Shown here piece by piece: positions 29,902-38,957 of a stretch of 64,000 nt of DNA. The notes below the pieces were generated by a model that searched no databases, was not told the DNA's origin, and saw only the letters and a list, made by a program, of their open reading frames with translations. Position numbers and translations under genes: made by a program. The first letter of the stretch is position 1. Every line of letters starts with the position of its first letter. Source of the stretch: Acidimicrobiia bacterium (GTDB lineage Bacteria > Actinomycetota > Acidimicrobiia > Spongiisociales > ZC4RG35); contig CBDBCY010000004.1 in the NCBI GenBank assembly GCA_965203555.1, forward strand, positions 960,001 through 1,024,000, read 5' to 3'.

Positions 29902-30605
29902 CAGATCCCCAGGTAGGCGCGTCGCACCAGATCACTTTCGAGCACGGCTCGGGTCTCGCCGCTCTCCACCACCGAGCCCGACTCCATCACATAGGCTTTC
30001 TTGGCGATCTCCAGCGCCAGAAAGGCGTTCTGTTCCACCAGCAGCACCGTCAGGCCCTGCTCGTTGAGGTCGAGGATGATTTCCGCCAAGTGGTCGACGA
30101 TGATGGGGGCCAGTCCTGCCGACGGCTCATCCAGCAGCAGCAGGCTGGGATTACCCATCAATGCCCTGGCGATGGCCAGCATCTGTTGCTCCCCGCCGCT
30201 GAGCGTGCCGGCTCGTTGACGCGCCCGCTCGGAAAGCCGCGGGAAGAAATCGAACGCCCTGGCGAGCCGATGCTGGTATTCGTCCTGCTCCTTGACCAGG
30301 TGGGCGCCCATTTCCAGGTTCTCTAGAACCGTCATGGCCGGGAAGAGTTCTTTGCCCTGCGGCACGTGACCCAGCCCCATTCCGACTATCTCGTGGGGTC
30401 TGAGGTTGTCGATTCGGTCCCCGTCGAAGGTGATCTCTCCCCCCATGGGTCGGAGCACCCCCGAGACGGTGAGGAGCAGGGTGGTCTTGCCTGCCCCGTT
30501 GGCGCCGATCACGGTCACCAGTTCGCCTTGGCCGACGCTGATCGAGACGTCGAACAGCACCTGCACCCGCCCGTAGGCCACATTCAAAGAACTGATTTCA
30601 AGCAC
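29901..30605 (-). CDS. livF: Branched-chain amino acid-type ABC ATP-binding protein
   Basis: GANGAGKT, LSGGEQQMLAIARAL, LDEPSAGLAP, VEQN. Confidence 0.93.
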   Translation of the reverse strand: MLEISSLNVAYGRVQVLFDVSISVGQGELVTVIGANGAGKTTLLLTVSGVLRPMGGEITFDGDRIDNLRPHEIVGMGLGHVPQGKELFPAMTVLENLEMGAHLVKEQDEYQHRLARAFDFFPRLSERARQRAGTLSGGEQQMLAIARALMGNPSLLLLDEPSAGLAPIIVDHLAEIILDLNEQGLTVLLVEQNAFLALEIAKKAYVMESGSVVESGETRAVLESDLVRRAYLGI

Positions 30606-31365
30606 CGCGACGCTTCCCCAGATAGGCGGTCACCACATCTTCGTCGCCAACTATCTCTTCGGGAGTGCCCTCTGCGATCTTGGCCCCGAAGTTGAGCACC
30701 GTAATCCTGGTGCAAATGTTGGTTATCAGACGCATGTTGTGCTCGACCAGCAACACCGTGACGCCCTTGTCTCGCAAGGTTCTGATCAGGTCCATCAGAA
30801 ACCCCGCTTCCTCGGGGTTCAACCCGGTGGCAGGCTCATCGAGCAGGAGCATCCGGGGTTTGGCGGCCAGCGCGATGGCGATCTCCAGGTACCGGTGTTC
30901 GCCGGCGGACAGGTCTCGAGCCACCGCCTCGATGCGTCCGTCCAGACCCACCGCCGCCAGTAGTTCCCGGACCCGCTCCTCCAGCACCGCACACTGCTTC
31001 CGGTATCTGCGGGACCGGGTCAGAGCTCCCAAAAGAGTGGTGGGATTGTTGAGATGGCGGCCGTGGAGAACATTGTCCCGAACCGTCAAGTTCTCGAACA
31101 AGGTGGTGATCTGGAATGTGCGGACCAGTCCCATCCGAGCCAGGTCGTGAGGCTGGGCGCCGGTGATGTTCTCTCCCTGATAGGTCACCACTCCCCCGGT
31201 GGGCTTGATAAAGCCCGTAATGAGATTCAGGGCGGTGGTCTTCCCGGAGCCGTTCGGGCCGATCAGACCCCGGATCTCCCCTTCCTCCACGGACAAATCC
31301 AACTCGTCGACCGCCGACAGGCCGCCGAACATTCTGGTGAGCCCGGTGGTCTCGAGGATCGGCAT
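30598..31365 (-). CDS. livG: Branched-chain amino acid-type ABC ATP-binding protein
   Basis: FGGL, GPNGSGKTT, RTFQ, LDEPATGLN, VEHNM, AYLG. Confidence 0.93.
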   Translation of the reverse strand: MPILETTGLTRMFGGLSAVDELDLSVEEGEIRGLIGPNGSGKTTALNLITGFIKPTGGVVTYQGENITGAQPHDLARMGLVRTFQITTLFENLTVRDNVLHGRHLNNPTTLLGALTRSRRYRKQCAVLEERVRELLAAVGLDGRIEAVARDLSAGEHRYLEIAIALAAKPRMLLLDEPATGLNPEEAGFLMDLIRTLRDKGVTVLLVEHNMRLITNICTRITVLNFGAKIAEGTPEEIVGDEDVVTAYLGKRRGA

Positions 31366-31368
31366 TCG

Positions 31369-32391
31369 CTACTCCACCCCCACCCCGTCCACGGCATGAT
31401 CTTCGCCGGCTACCGTGACCTCTTCTCCCGATTCCTCGCGTTTCCTCCGCCGCCGAAATGCTTTCTGGAGAGCGGGAAAGACCCCGATCGGCATGAAAAG
31501 CACCACCAGGAGCAACACCACACCGAAAATCACGAAACGATACTCCTGTAGGGCCCGGAGCCACTCACTCACCAGGACGAAAATCGCCGCACCGAAAACC
31601 GGACCCCACAGGGTCCCCGTCCCTCCCACCAGAACAACGATCAAGAAGATGAACATGTATTGGAGGCCCAACAGATTCGGGTTGACAAACCGGAAATGGT
31701 GAGCGTACAGGGCGCCGGAGAACCCCACCAGCGCGCAGGCGAACGAGAACGCCAGGACGTAATATCTGGTGGCCGCCACACCGATGGACTTGGCGAGGTC
31801 TTCGTTCTCGTGAATGCTGCGCACCGCCCTGCCGAAGCGGGACTCCCGCATCCTGGACAGGATGAAGACCACTCCCAGCAGCAACAACAGGGCGAAGTAG
31901 AAATAGGCCAACTCCGACCGTATTTCCCAGCCGAACAGACTGGGCGGGGGGACCTGGCGCAATCCCGACGGGCCGCCGGTGACCGGCCGCCACCGCAGGG
32001 CCACGGTCCAGGCCAAAACCCCGAAGCCCAGCGTGACGATCGCCAATTCGAGTCCGCGGGTCCTGCGCAGAGCGACATAGCCGATCAAAAGACCCACCAG
32101 GCCGGCGGCCGCCGGCGCAGCCAGGAAACCTATCCATGGGGAGATCCCCAGGTCCAGGGCCAGTTTGGCCGAGACATAGGCGCCGAACCCCCAGAACGCG
32201 GCATGTCCGAAGGAGAACTGCCCCATCTCGCCCATGATGTAATCAAGGCTGAGTCCCGCCACCGCATAGATCACGATCAACACCAACAGTCCCCGGTTGT
32301 AGGCGTTGGTAAAGAGAAACAACGGCACCAGCAGGGTCACCAGCAGCGCCGGGGCGCCCAACCAGAAACCGGAAGGCACTTTCAGCCTCAC
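31369..32391 (-). CDS. livM: Branched-chain amino acid-type ABC permease
   Basis: GQFSFGHAAFWGFGAY, TGGPSG, SRFGRA..IHENE, GGTGTLWGP. Confidence 0.92.
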   Translation of the reverse strand: MRLKVPSGFWLGAPALLVTLLVPLFLFTNAYNRGLLVLIVIYAVAGLSLDYIMGEMGQFSFGHAAFWGFGAYVSAKLALDLGISPWIGFLAAPAAAGLVGLLIGYVALRRTRGLELAIVTLGFGVLAWTVALRWRPVTGGPSGLRQVPPPSLFGWEIRSELAYFYFALLLLLGVVFILSRMRESRFGRAVRSIHENEDLAKSIGVAATRYYVLAFSFACALVGFSGALYAHHFRFVNPNLLGLQYMFIFLIVVLVGGTGTLWGPVFGAAIFVLVSEWLRALQEYRFVIFGVVLLLVVLFMPIGVFPALQKAFRRRRKREESGEEVTVAGEDHAVDGVGVE

Positions 32392-32392
32392 G

Positions 32393-33256
32393 TCACTTCC
32401 TCCCGAACAGGCCCTGGGGGCGAAGCAGCAGGACGACGATCATCACCACGTACAGGTATCCCTGGCGGTAGTAGGTGGAGATGAACTGGCCGAACAACGC
32501 CTCGGTAACACCCATGAACAGCCCCACCGCCACCGCTCCCGCCACATTCCCCATCCCGGCGACTATCACCACCGCAAAACCGGTGATGAGCAGAGGTTGT
32601 CCCAGGTTGGGGGATGCAGACGAAACCAGGACTATCAACACTCCGGCCAGGGCCGCCAATCCCGATGCGACTATCAGGGTGGTGTCATAGATGGCGGTGG
32701 TATTGATCCCTATCAGGCGGGCGCCCAGCAGGTTCTGGCCGGTGGCTCGGGTCTTCTTGCCCAGCTTGGTGTGGGTGAGCATGAGATACAACCCCAGGAC
32801 CGCCGCAAAGCACACCCCCACCAGCAACAGGCTGGCGGTGGTGATGTACACCCCTCCCACCTGGAGAATTTCATTGAATGGCTCCTCCACCCCCTTGGGC
32901 CCGGATCCCCACACCACAAGACTGCCGTTCAGCAACATGAAACTGAGAGCCACGGTCGAGAGGATCACCACCAATTCGGAGTGTCCCAGGAACGGGCGGA
33001 CCGTGACTCGGTTTACGAGAAAGCCGGCCAGGGCCATGACCAACACCACCACGGCAGCGCCCGCGAAGTAACCCAGCCCCACCACATTGGTGACCGTGTA
33101 CAACAACATGGCCCCCAGCATGGTCAGCTCGCCATGCGCCATGTTGATCACCCTCATGACTCCGAACACCAGGCTCAACCCTGCCGCGAATATCACGTAG
33201 ATCGAGCCGTTCAGAAGCCCGTTCCACAGTTGCTGGCCGATGACATCCCAACTCAT
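32393..33256 (-). CDS. livH: Branched-chain amino acid-type ABC permease
   Basis: NGLLNGSIY, GLSLVFGVMRVINMAHGE, TKLGKKTRA, AGMGNVAGA. Start MSWDVI. Confidence 0.92.
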   Translation of the reverse strand: MSWDVIGQQLWNGLLNGSIYVIFAAGLSLVFGVMRVINMAHGELTMLGAMLLYTVTNVVGLGYFAGAAVVVLVMALAGFLVNRVTVRPFLGHSELVVILSTVALSFMLLNGSLVVWGSGPKGVEEPFNEILQVGGVYITTASLLLVGVCFAAVLGLYLMLTHTKLGKKTRATGQNLLGARLIGINTTAIYDTTLIVASGLAALAGVLIVLVSSASPNLGQPLLITGFAVVIVAGMGNVAGAVAVGLFMGVTEALFGQFISTYYRQGYLYVVMIVVLLLRPQGLFGRK

Positions 33257-33311
33257 CCGCCGGACCTCCCTGGGATGCCGACCAATCCGGATTGAAACCA
33301 CCGAATCATGG

Positions 33312-34112
33312 CTAGCCGTAGATCGGGACCCGGTTGTCGAAGCGTATTGCCGAAATCTCCCCGCTGATCCTGTCCACGAAGGACCTGAGGATCGGACCGT
33401 ATGTGTTCTCCAGCGTTTCGATGTCAGCCCGCGTGGCAAGGGTGGCCACCCCCACGGCCCCTATCACGTCGGTCCCGTGAAACACCGGGGCGGACACCGA
33501 TCTCAACCCCTCCGTCAGTTCCTGGTCGTTCAATGCGATCCCCTTGATCCGCGCCTCCTCCAGTTGCCCCCGGTAGTCATCGGCCCCGGTAACCGTGGTG
33601 ATGGTCCTCGGCTCGAACTCCATCTGGTTCAGCACCGCCTCCACGTCGTCGGGCGGCATGGCCGAGAGAATGGCCTTGCCCAATGAACTCAGATGGGCGG
33701 GCAGCCGACTGCCCACTTGAAGATTGATTGTGATGATGTCGTCGCGGTGACGTCTGGCCATGTAGATGACCTCGGCCCCCTCCAGCACGCCGTAATTGAC
33801 AGCCGTGGCCTCCGGCAATGCCAGGCTGATCTCATCCAGGTAGGGGCGGATGTGCTCCACGAACTCCCTTGACTCCACCGCGGCCACCCCCAGCCTCAGC
33901 ACCTTCTTGGAAGGCCGGTAGAGTCGCTCCGTTCTGCTTATGTATCCCAACTCTTCCAAAGCACCGGTTAGTCGGTAGACGCTCGCCCGGCTGATCTGGG
34001 TGCGCCGTGCGATGTCGGCCACCGAAAGCGCCGGGGACTTCTCGTCAAAGGCGGACAGAATCTGCAGACCCTTGGAAAGAGACCCTCGCTGATGGCTGGG
34101 AACAGCCGTCAT
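33312..34112 (-). CDS. IclR family transcriptional regulator (PcaR-like)
   Basis: SLSKGLQILSAF, HTH SVADIARRTQISRASVYR, VGSRLPAHLSSLGKAIL, GLRSVSAPV. Confidence 0.93.
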   Translation of the reverse strand: MTAVPSHQRGSLSKGLQILSAFDEKSPALSVADIARRTQISRASVYRLTGALEELGYISRTERLYRPSKKVLRLGVAAVESREFVEHIRPYLDEISLALPEATAVNYGVLEGAEVIYMARRHRDDIITINLQVGSRLPAHLSSLGKAILSAMPPDDVEAVLNQMEFEPRTITTVTGADDYRGQLEEARIKGIALNDQELTEGLRSVSAPVFHGTDVIGAVGVATLATRADIETLENTYGPILRSFVDRISGEISAIRFDNRVPIYG

Positions 34113-34127
34113 CCGGAGTCGGCGAGT

Positions 34128-34457
34128 CTATTCGACAACGAACTCGTCCTCCTCGACGATCACGAACACCGAATCTTGGGTCTTGGCGCCCATGAAGTTC
34201 TTCTCGTCAGCCAGCAGCGCGGCATACTCGGGAGAATCGGCCGTGGCCAGAAAGTCCTCCACGCTGTCGTACCACACCTCCGCCACTCCGTCGCAAGGGG
34301 CCTGCCGCCCCGGTACTTCCAAGGGTCGGCATTGAACGTAGCGGCGCACCCTGGGCATGGCCAGCACCAGGGGCGCATGGACATTCTTCCAGTGTTCATG
34401 GAATTGTTCACTGGTCAGGTCGGACCTCCTGGTGAGAATGGTTACTGTCTTGATCAT
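34128..34457 (-). CDS. EthD family protein
   Basis: MIK..LTRRSDLTSEQFHEHWKNVHAPL, YVQ, DGVAEVWYDS, DEKNF. Confidence 0.88.
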   Translation of the reverse strand: MIKTVTILTRRSDLTSEQFHEHWKNVHAPLVLAMPRVRRYVQCRPLEVPGRQAPCDGVAEVWYDSVEDFLATADSPEYAALLADEKNFMGAKTQDSVFVIVEEDEFVVE

Positions 34458-34512
34458 CTTCCACTCCCCCGAGGGAGGCTCGGGTCACCGGGAAGACGGC
34501 GCCGGAAAAGGA

Positions 34513-34917
34513 TCATCCGTCTTCGTCCACCACTGCCACCGCCTCGATGTCTATCAGGGCGTGGTGAATCAGTTCGGCGACCACCACCGTCACCCGAGCC
34601 GGCTGTCGATCGGGGAAATACCGGGCATACACGGGCTCGTACCGGTGGTAGTGGTCGTGATCGATCAGATACACCCTGGTCAAGACCACATCGCTCATCT
34701 TGGCGCCGGCTCTTTCCAGGGCCCCCTTGAGATTCCCCAGGGCCAGTTCGGCCTGCTCCTCCAGGGTCTCCGCCAGAGCCCCGGTCCTCTTGTCCCAGCC
34801 CAGTTGCCCCGTAACCCATAGGGTGTTACCCGCCCGCACAACATCGTTCCACCGGCTCTTCGACCCGATGGCTTGGAAGAGTTCCTCCTCAACCGGGACG
34901 AACACTCTCTCCACCAT
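34513..34917 (-). CDS. RidA/YjgF family protein
   Basis: VRAGNTLWVTGQ, QAELALGNL, PARVTVVVAEL, IDIEAVA. Confidence 0.9.
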   Translation of the reverse strand: MVERVFVPVEEELFQAIGSKSRWNDVVRAGNTLWVTGQLGWDKRTGALAETLEEQAELALGNLKGALERAGAKMSDVVLTRVYLIDHDHYHRYEPVYARYFPDRQPARVTVVVAELIHHALIDIEAVAVVDEDG

Positions 34918-34945
34918 CTGCCCAGCCTCCTTCCTCGGTCAATAG

Positions 34946-34990
34946 GATGTATCGGTCCGGCCCTGAGTCAAGGGCGCAGACCGATACATC
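34946..34990. terminator. Strong stem-loop downstream of the SBP gene (attenuator or mRNA-stabilising hairpin)
   Basis: GATGTATCGGTC...GACCGATACATC is a perfect 12-bp inverted repeat with an inner GCCCT/AGGGC stem. Confidence 0.55.
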
Positions 34991-35011
34991 AAAGTATGGG
35001 ATTAGTTTCGT

Positions 35012-36256
35012 CTACCCGGCGAGCGGAACGGCGTCAACGGGTTGCAGGACGCCGCCAGTCGACTGAATTATGATCCAGTCGTCAACCAGTCGGAGTCCCT
35101 TGTCGTTGAAGCGCAACGGCTTACCGCGAGGAGTGACGAACCCATGCTCGTCATTCATCAGGGGAGCAACCGCCGAATACTCGGTCGTTCCGGCCGCCTC
35201 GATTGCCGCCATCAACTGCAGGGCAGCCGTGTAGCCCAACTCCGACCACCAGTCCGGAGCGGATCCGAACTCGGCCTCATAAGCCTCCGAGAAGGCGGCC
35301 GCCTCGGGAATGGACTCGTCCAGAATCCACCCGGTGGAACTGTAAATGCCTTCGGAGAGATCACCCAGGGCTTCCACTTCCGGCGGGGTGTAAACGACCT
35401 CGTTGACCATGATGTCACCCTCGTAGCCGATTTCGCGAGCGGCCTGGACGGCGTTGACCACCACGTCCTTACCCCACAGACCGAGATACAGAAGATCCGG
35501 ATCGTTGCCGACGCCCTTGGTGACTTCCACCCGGGCTTCAGCTGTTCCATAGGGGAAGTAAATCATCCCGGTGTACTCGAAGTCAGCCGGGGCTTCCTCT
35601 GCGAAAATACGGGTGAATTCATCGTTGGTGAGCAACACCCAATCCGAATCCACTCCTACACCCTGGACCCGCTTGTATCCCTGCTTGATCATCCACCGGG
35701 CCAGCACTGAGAGTGCGTTGCTGTCCGACTGGGTTTGCTTGACCGGAGCGCGGATGTGCACTGCGCCGTCATAGCCCTCGGTGGTAATCAACTCCGAGCC
35801 GCAGGCAGTCACCACCAGCGGGACACTTTCCTCCTTGAACACATCCTTCATCGCCACACAGGTCGTGGCATCGTTGCCGCCGGCAACGCCCGCCACTCCG
35901 TCGGCGATGGCCTTGCGAGCCGAAGCCACCGATTCATCAGCCGAATAGCCTTCGTCATAGTGGACAACCTCGACCTGGCGTCCCAGTAGGCCGCCCGCCT
36001 CGTTCTGCTGCATCACGGCCAACTCGAACCCGTTGCGCATGATGTCGCCCAAACCGACCGCCGTTCCCGAGTTGAACCAGACGGTTCCCAGCTTGATGGG
36101 CTCTGCCGGTTCGGGCGCCGCGGTGGTGGTTGGAGCCGCGGTGGTGGGAGCCGCCGTGGTCTCGGCCGCTTCTTCTCCGTCACCACAAGCAGTGGCGACC
36201 AGAGCCAGGACGGACAGCACCACTGCCACTCGTACCCAAGATCTACGTTTACTCAT
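35012..36256 (-). CDS. Branched-chain amino acid-type ABC substrate-binding lipoprotein (LivK-like)
   Basis: Lipobox ATAC, TTAAP linker, NEAGGLLGRQVEVVHYD, AIEAAGT; head of a liv-type operon. Confidence 0.9.
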   Translation of the reverse strand: MSKRRSWVRVAVVLSVLALVATACGDGEEAAETTAAPTTAAPTTTAAPEPAEPIKLGTVWFNSGTAVGLGDIMRNGFELAVMQQNEAGGLLGRQVEVVHYDEGYSADESVASARKAIADGVAGVAGGNDATTCVAMKDVFKEESVPLVVTACGSELITTEGYDGAVHIRAPVKQTQSDSNALSVLARWMIKQGYKRVQGVGVDSDWVLLTNDEFTRIFAEEAPADFEYTGMIYFPYGTAEARVEVTKGVGNDPDLLYLGLWGKDVVVNAVQAAREIGYEGDIMVNEVVYTPPEVEALGDLSEGIYSSTGWILDESIPEAAAFSEAYEAEFGSAPDWWSELGYTAALQLMAAIEAAGTTEYSAVAPLMNDEHGFVTPRGKPLRFNDKGLRLVDDWIIIQSTGGVLQPVDAVPLAG

Positions 36257-36409
36257 TTGCCTGCCTTCTCCTTCCGAACCCATACCTCCCCAAAGAGGAT
36301 GGGCATAGAGTCACGCTGCTTCACTTTGTAGGTCATCTCGACCCGCGTACCTCCACCTGACATCGTCTGGGGCCACCCCGGTCAAAATGCCCGTTTACCG
36401 GAATCTTTA

Positions 36410-36463
36410 TCCGATATACGGACGCTAGTAAACCCAAACCCCGTCATGTCCAGAAAACGGAGA
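36410..36463. promoter_or_regulatory. Two candidate IclR-type operator boxes upstream of the catabolic cluster
   Basis: Palindrome TCCGATATACGGA (36410-36422) and related TGTCCAGAAAACGGAGA (36447-36463) in an AT-richer intergenic region; the cluster encodes an IclR. Confidence 0.45.
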
Positions 36464-36586
36464 CTTATTTCTGTATCCCGATTCGCCCGTCGAATCCGAC
36501 CGCGCCGCGTCGGTCGCTTCGGTTGCTGGGAGAAGGGGGTCAACCAGGCGGCAGAAGCCTTCATGCCCGGCGCCCGGGGCGAGGAC

Positions 36587-36994
36587 TCAGCGAACCTGAT
36601 CGAGGTTGTGGAGGCGAAGGCGACCCTGGGCAACCATCTTTCCATCGGAGGCCCGTGTGATCGTGACCTGCCAGATTTGCTGGCTGCGACCCTGGTGGAT
36701 TGGCACGGCCTCGCCGTCAAGGCGTCCGAATCGATGAGACCGAAAGAAGTCGGTGGCGTTGTGCACACCCACCGCCGCCATCATGCCATGTTCCTGCGCC
36801 CATATGAAGGCGCCCGTCGATGCCAGGGTTTCCACCATGGTGGTGTGCAGACCGGCGTTCACCATCCCGAACGGCTGATGATGTTCCTCCCCCACCTCGA
36901 CATGTCCTTTCACCATTGAAGAAGACGACTCGTCCAACACCAATCCGACCATCTCGGCGAACCCGCCACCTCTGCCCAACACGGATCGATCCAT
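36587..36994 (-). CDS. PaaI family thioesterase
   Basis: HHQPFGMVNAGLHTTMVETLAS, VGVHNATDFFR, PIHQGRSQQIWQV. Confidence 0.9.
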   Translation of the reverse strand: MDRSVLGRGGGFAEMVGLVLDESSSSMVKGHVEVGEEHHQPFGMVNAGLHTTMVETLASTGAFIWAQEHGMMAAVGVHNATDFFRSHRFGRLDGEAVPIHQGRSQQIWQVTITRASDGKMVAQGRLRLHNLDQVR

Positions 36995-37027
36995 TTTCAG
37001 GCTGCCAACTCTACCGATGTCGAACTA

Positions 37028-37070
37028 TCGCCGATCCGTCCAACCCTTCAGGCGGCGGACCGCTTCGGCG
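37028..37070. repeat. 43-bp direct repeat, copy 1 (duplicated 3' end of the aminotransferase gene)
   Basis: TCGCCGATCCGTCCAACCCTTCAGGCGGCGGACCGCTTCGGCG is identical to 37803-37845. Confidence 0.95.
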
Positions 37071-37074
37071 CACG

Positions 37075-37467
37075 CTATCGATGTCGATCGCGACTACGGA
37101 CGCCGTAAACGAACACTCCGGCCCAGCCCACCAGATTCATCCCGACCATGGACACCCCGGCCCAATCATGACCTGTGGCCACAAGTACAATTCCTCCAAT
37201 GATGATCGACGCCGATAAGACAATTCCCGCCGCCAGTCGATAATTCGCCCTCTTGGACTCTGCCTCAGATTCAACCCGCTCTATTTGCAACCGGTCACTG
37301 ACCTGTCGTTCGAACATCGATGTCAAACGTTCCGGAAGATCAGGAACTACCTCCCCATACTCCTTGAGCATCTGTGGGGGAGGCAGAAGTCCCCAGGTAG
37401 CCGAGACGACCGTCGTCGTTTGCTGGACTGCGACTACGTCCTCAGGTTGGTTCGAAACCTCACTCAA
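37075..37467 (-). CDS. DUF2335-like membrane protein
   Basis: GLLPPPQMLKEYGEVVPDLPERLTSMFERQ followed by two hydrophobic segments. Confidence 0.75.
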   Translation of the reverse strand: MSEVSNQPEDVVAVQQTTTVVSATWGLLPPPQMLKEYGEVVPDLPERLTSMFERQVSDRLQIERVESEAESKRANYRLAAGIVLSASIIIGGIVLVATGHDWAGVSMVGMNLVGWAGVFVYGVRSRDRHR

Positions 37468-37753
37468 TTCGTCTCCCTGATTCGACTGTTTTCGTCCTCT
37501 CCATTTCCGCCACGAACTCGCTGGTGGCTATGCGGAAATCCTGAGAAATGATCTCCCAATCCCGGCAGATGATCTCCCAATCCCTCTGGAGCGCCTGCAT
37601 ATCCGCTTCTGTGGCCGAGTCAGACTGGTTGCGCCTGTCTCGTGTGCCCCAAAAACCCACGAGTCGGGACATCTCATCTGCGAGCCGCGCCATCTCTTCC
37701 AAAAAAGACCCCTTCGGCCGACGTGGAACGCGAACCGGCGCCCCCATTCGCAT
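37460..37753 (-). CDS. Small hypothetical protein coupled to the DUF2335-like gene
   Basis: GGGAGAAAGG RBS, DMQALQRDWEIICRDWEIISQDF motif, 8-bp overlap with the downstream gene. Confidence 0.6.
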   Translation of the reverse strand: MRMGAPVRVPRRPKGSFLEEMARLADEMSRLVGFWGTRDRRNQSDSATEADMQALQRDWEIICRDWEIISQDFRIATSEFVAEMERTKTVESGRRIE

Positions 37754-37775
37754 GCTGCCCTTTCTCCCTGGCGTC

Positions 37776-38945
37776 TTATGACGCAATCATGGCCGCGGAG
37801 ACTCGCCGATCCGTCCAACCCTTCAGGCGGCGGACCGCTTCGGCGATGTCATCGGTGGACTCGGAGTAGGAAAACCGCACCCAGCGGTCGCCCTGCTCCG
37901 GATCGAAGTCGATTCCCGGGGTGGCCGCCACGCCTATCTCCTCCAGCCAGCGCGCGCACAGGGCTGGAGAGCCCATGCCCAGATGGGAGACATCGGCGTA
38001 CACGTAAAAGGCGCCGTCCGGAGGAGCGATCCGGGTGATTCCGGCTTCGGCCAAACCTGCCACCAGTATCTCACGGCTATCGGCGTAAGCGGCGACGTTG
38101 GCGTCCAACTCTTCTGCGCAGTCGAATGCCTCCAGGGCGCCCAACTGGGAGACGGTTGGAGGAGCGATGAAGAGATTCTGGGCCAGCCGTTCGAGCGGGC
38201 GGAACATCTCGGGGGGCGCCACCAGCCAGCCCAGCCGCCAGCCGGTCATCGAAAAGTACTTGGAGAAACTCTGGACCACCACTGCCGAGTCGCTGAATCC
38301 GAGTGCCGTCGCCGCCCGCTCCCCGTAGTCGATTCCGTGATAGATCTCATCGGAGATCAGCACGGCGCCGGTGTTCGAGCAGAAGTCAGCCACCTCTTTC
38401 ATCTCGTCGGCGGTCAGAGTCACTCCGGTGGGATTGGAAGGGCTTGCCACAACCAGCCCGTCCAAGGGACCCGCCATCTCCAGACGATCCACCGATGGGA
38501 CGAAGCGAGTTTCGGCATCCACCCTGACTTCCACCAGTTCCAGGCCCAGCGCGCTGAGAACATTGCGATAGGCCGAATACCCGGGGACGGTCATTGCCAC
38601 CCGGTCACCGGGATCGAACAGCGCCAGGCAAGCCAGGACAAAGCCGGCCGAAGCGCCGATTGTCATCACCACCCGTTCGTGCGACACGTTCAGTCCGTAC
38701 CGCTCCCCGTAGAAGCGCCCAATTCTCGCCCGGAGGGCCACCAGGCCGGTGGCGGCGGTGTAACCGAGCCGATCATCCGTCAAGCCTCTCCGGGCCGCCT
38801 CCCGGACGCGTGAAGGAGCGGGGGTCATCGGCTGGCCCACCTCCAAGTGAAGAACGTCGCCGCCCTCCACCTCTCGACGGGCGGCGGCCTTCATCACCTC
38901 CATCACATAGAAGGGAGGAATCTGGGAGCGGAGAGACTCCTTCAC
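37776..38945 (-). CDS. Class I/II PLP-dependent aminotransferase
   Basis: HLEVGQP, SPSNPTG, SDEIYHG, SFSKYFSMTGWRLGW, PDGAFY, TPGIDF. Confidence 0.93.
   Translation of the reverse strand: MKESLRSQIPPFYVMEVMKAAARREVEGGDVLHLEVGQPMTPAPSRVREAARRGLTDDRLGYTAATGLVALRARIGRFYGERYGLNVSHERVVMTIGASAGFVLACLALFDPGDRVAMTVPGYSAYRNVLSALGLELVEVRVDAETRFVPSVDRLEMAGPLDGLVVASPSNPTGVTLTADEMKEVADFCSNTGAVLISDEIYHGIDYGERAATALGFSDSAVVVQSFSKYFSMTGWRLGWLVAPPEMFRPLERLAQNLFIAPPTVSQLGALEAFDCAEELDANVAAYADSREILVAGLAEAGITRIAPPDGAFYVYADVSHLGMGSPALCARWLEEIGVAATPGIDFDPEQGDRWVRFSYSESTDDIAEAVRRLKGWTDRRVSAAMIAS
37803..37845. repeat. 43-bp direct repeat, copy 2
   Basis: Identical to 37028-37070; lies inside the aminotransferase 3' end. 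Confidence 0.95.
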
Positions 38946-38957
38946 CGATCGCCAGGT

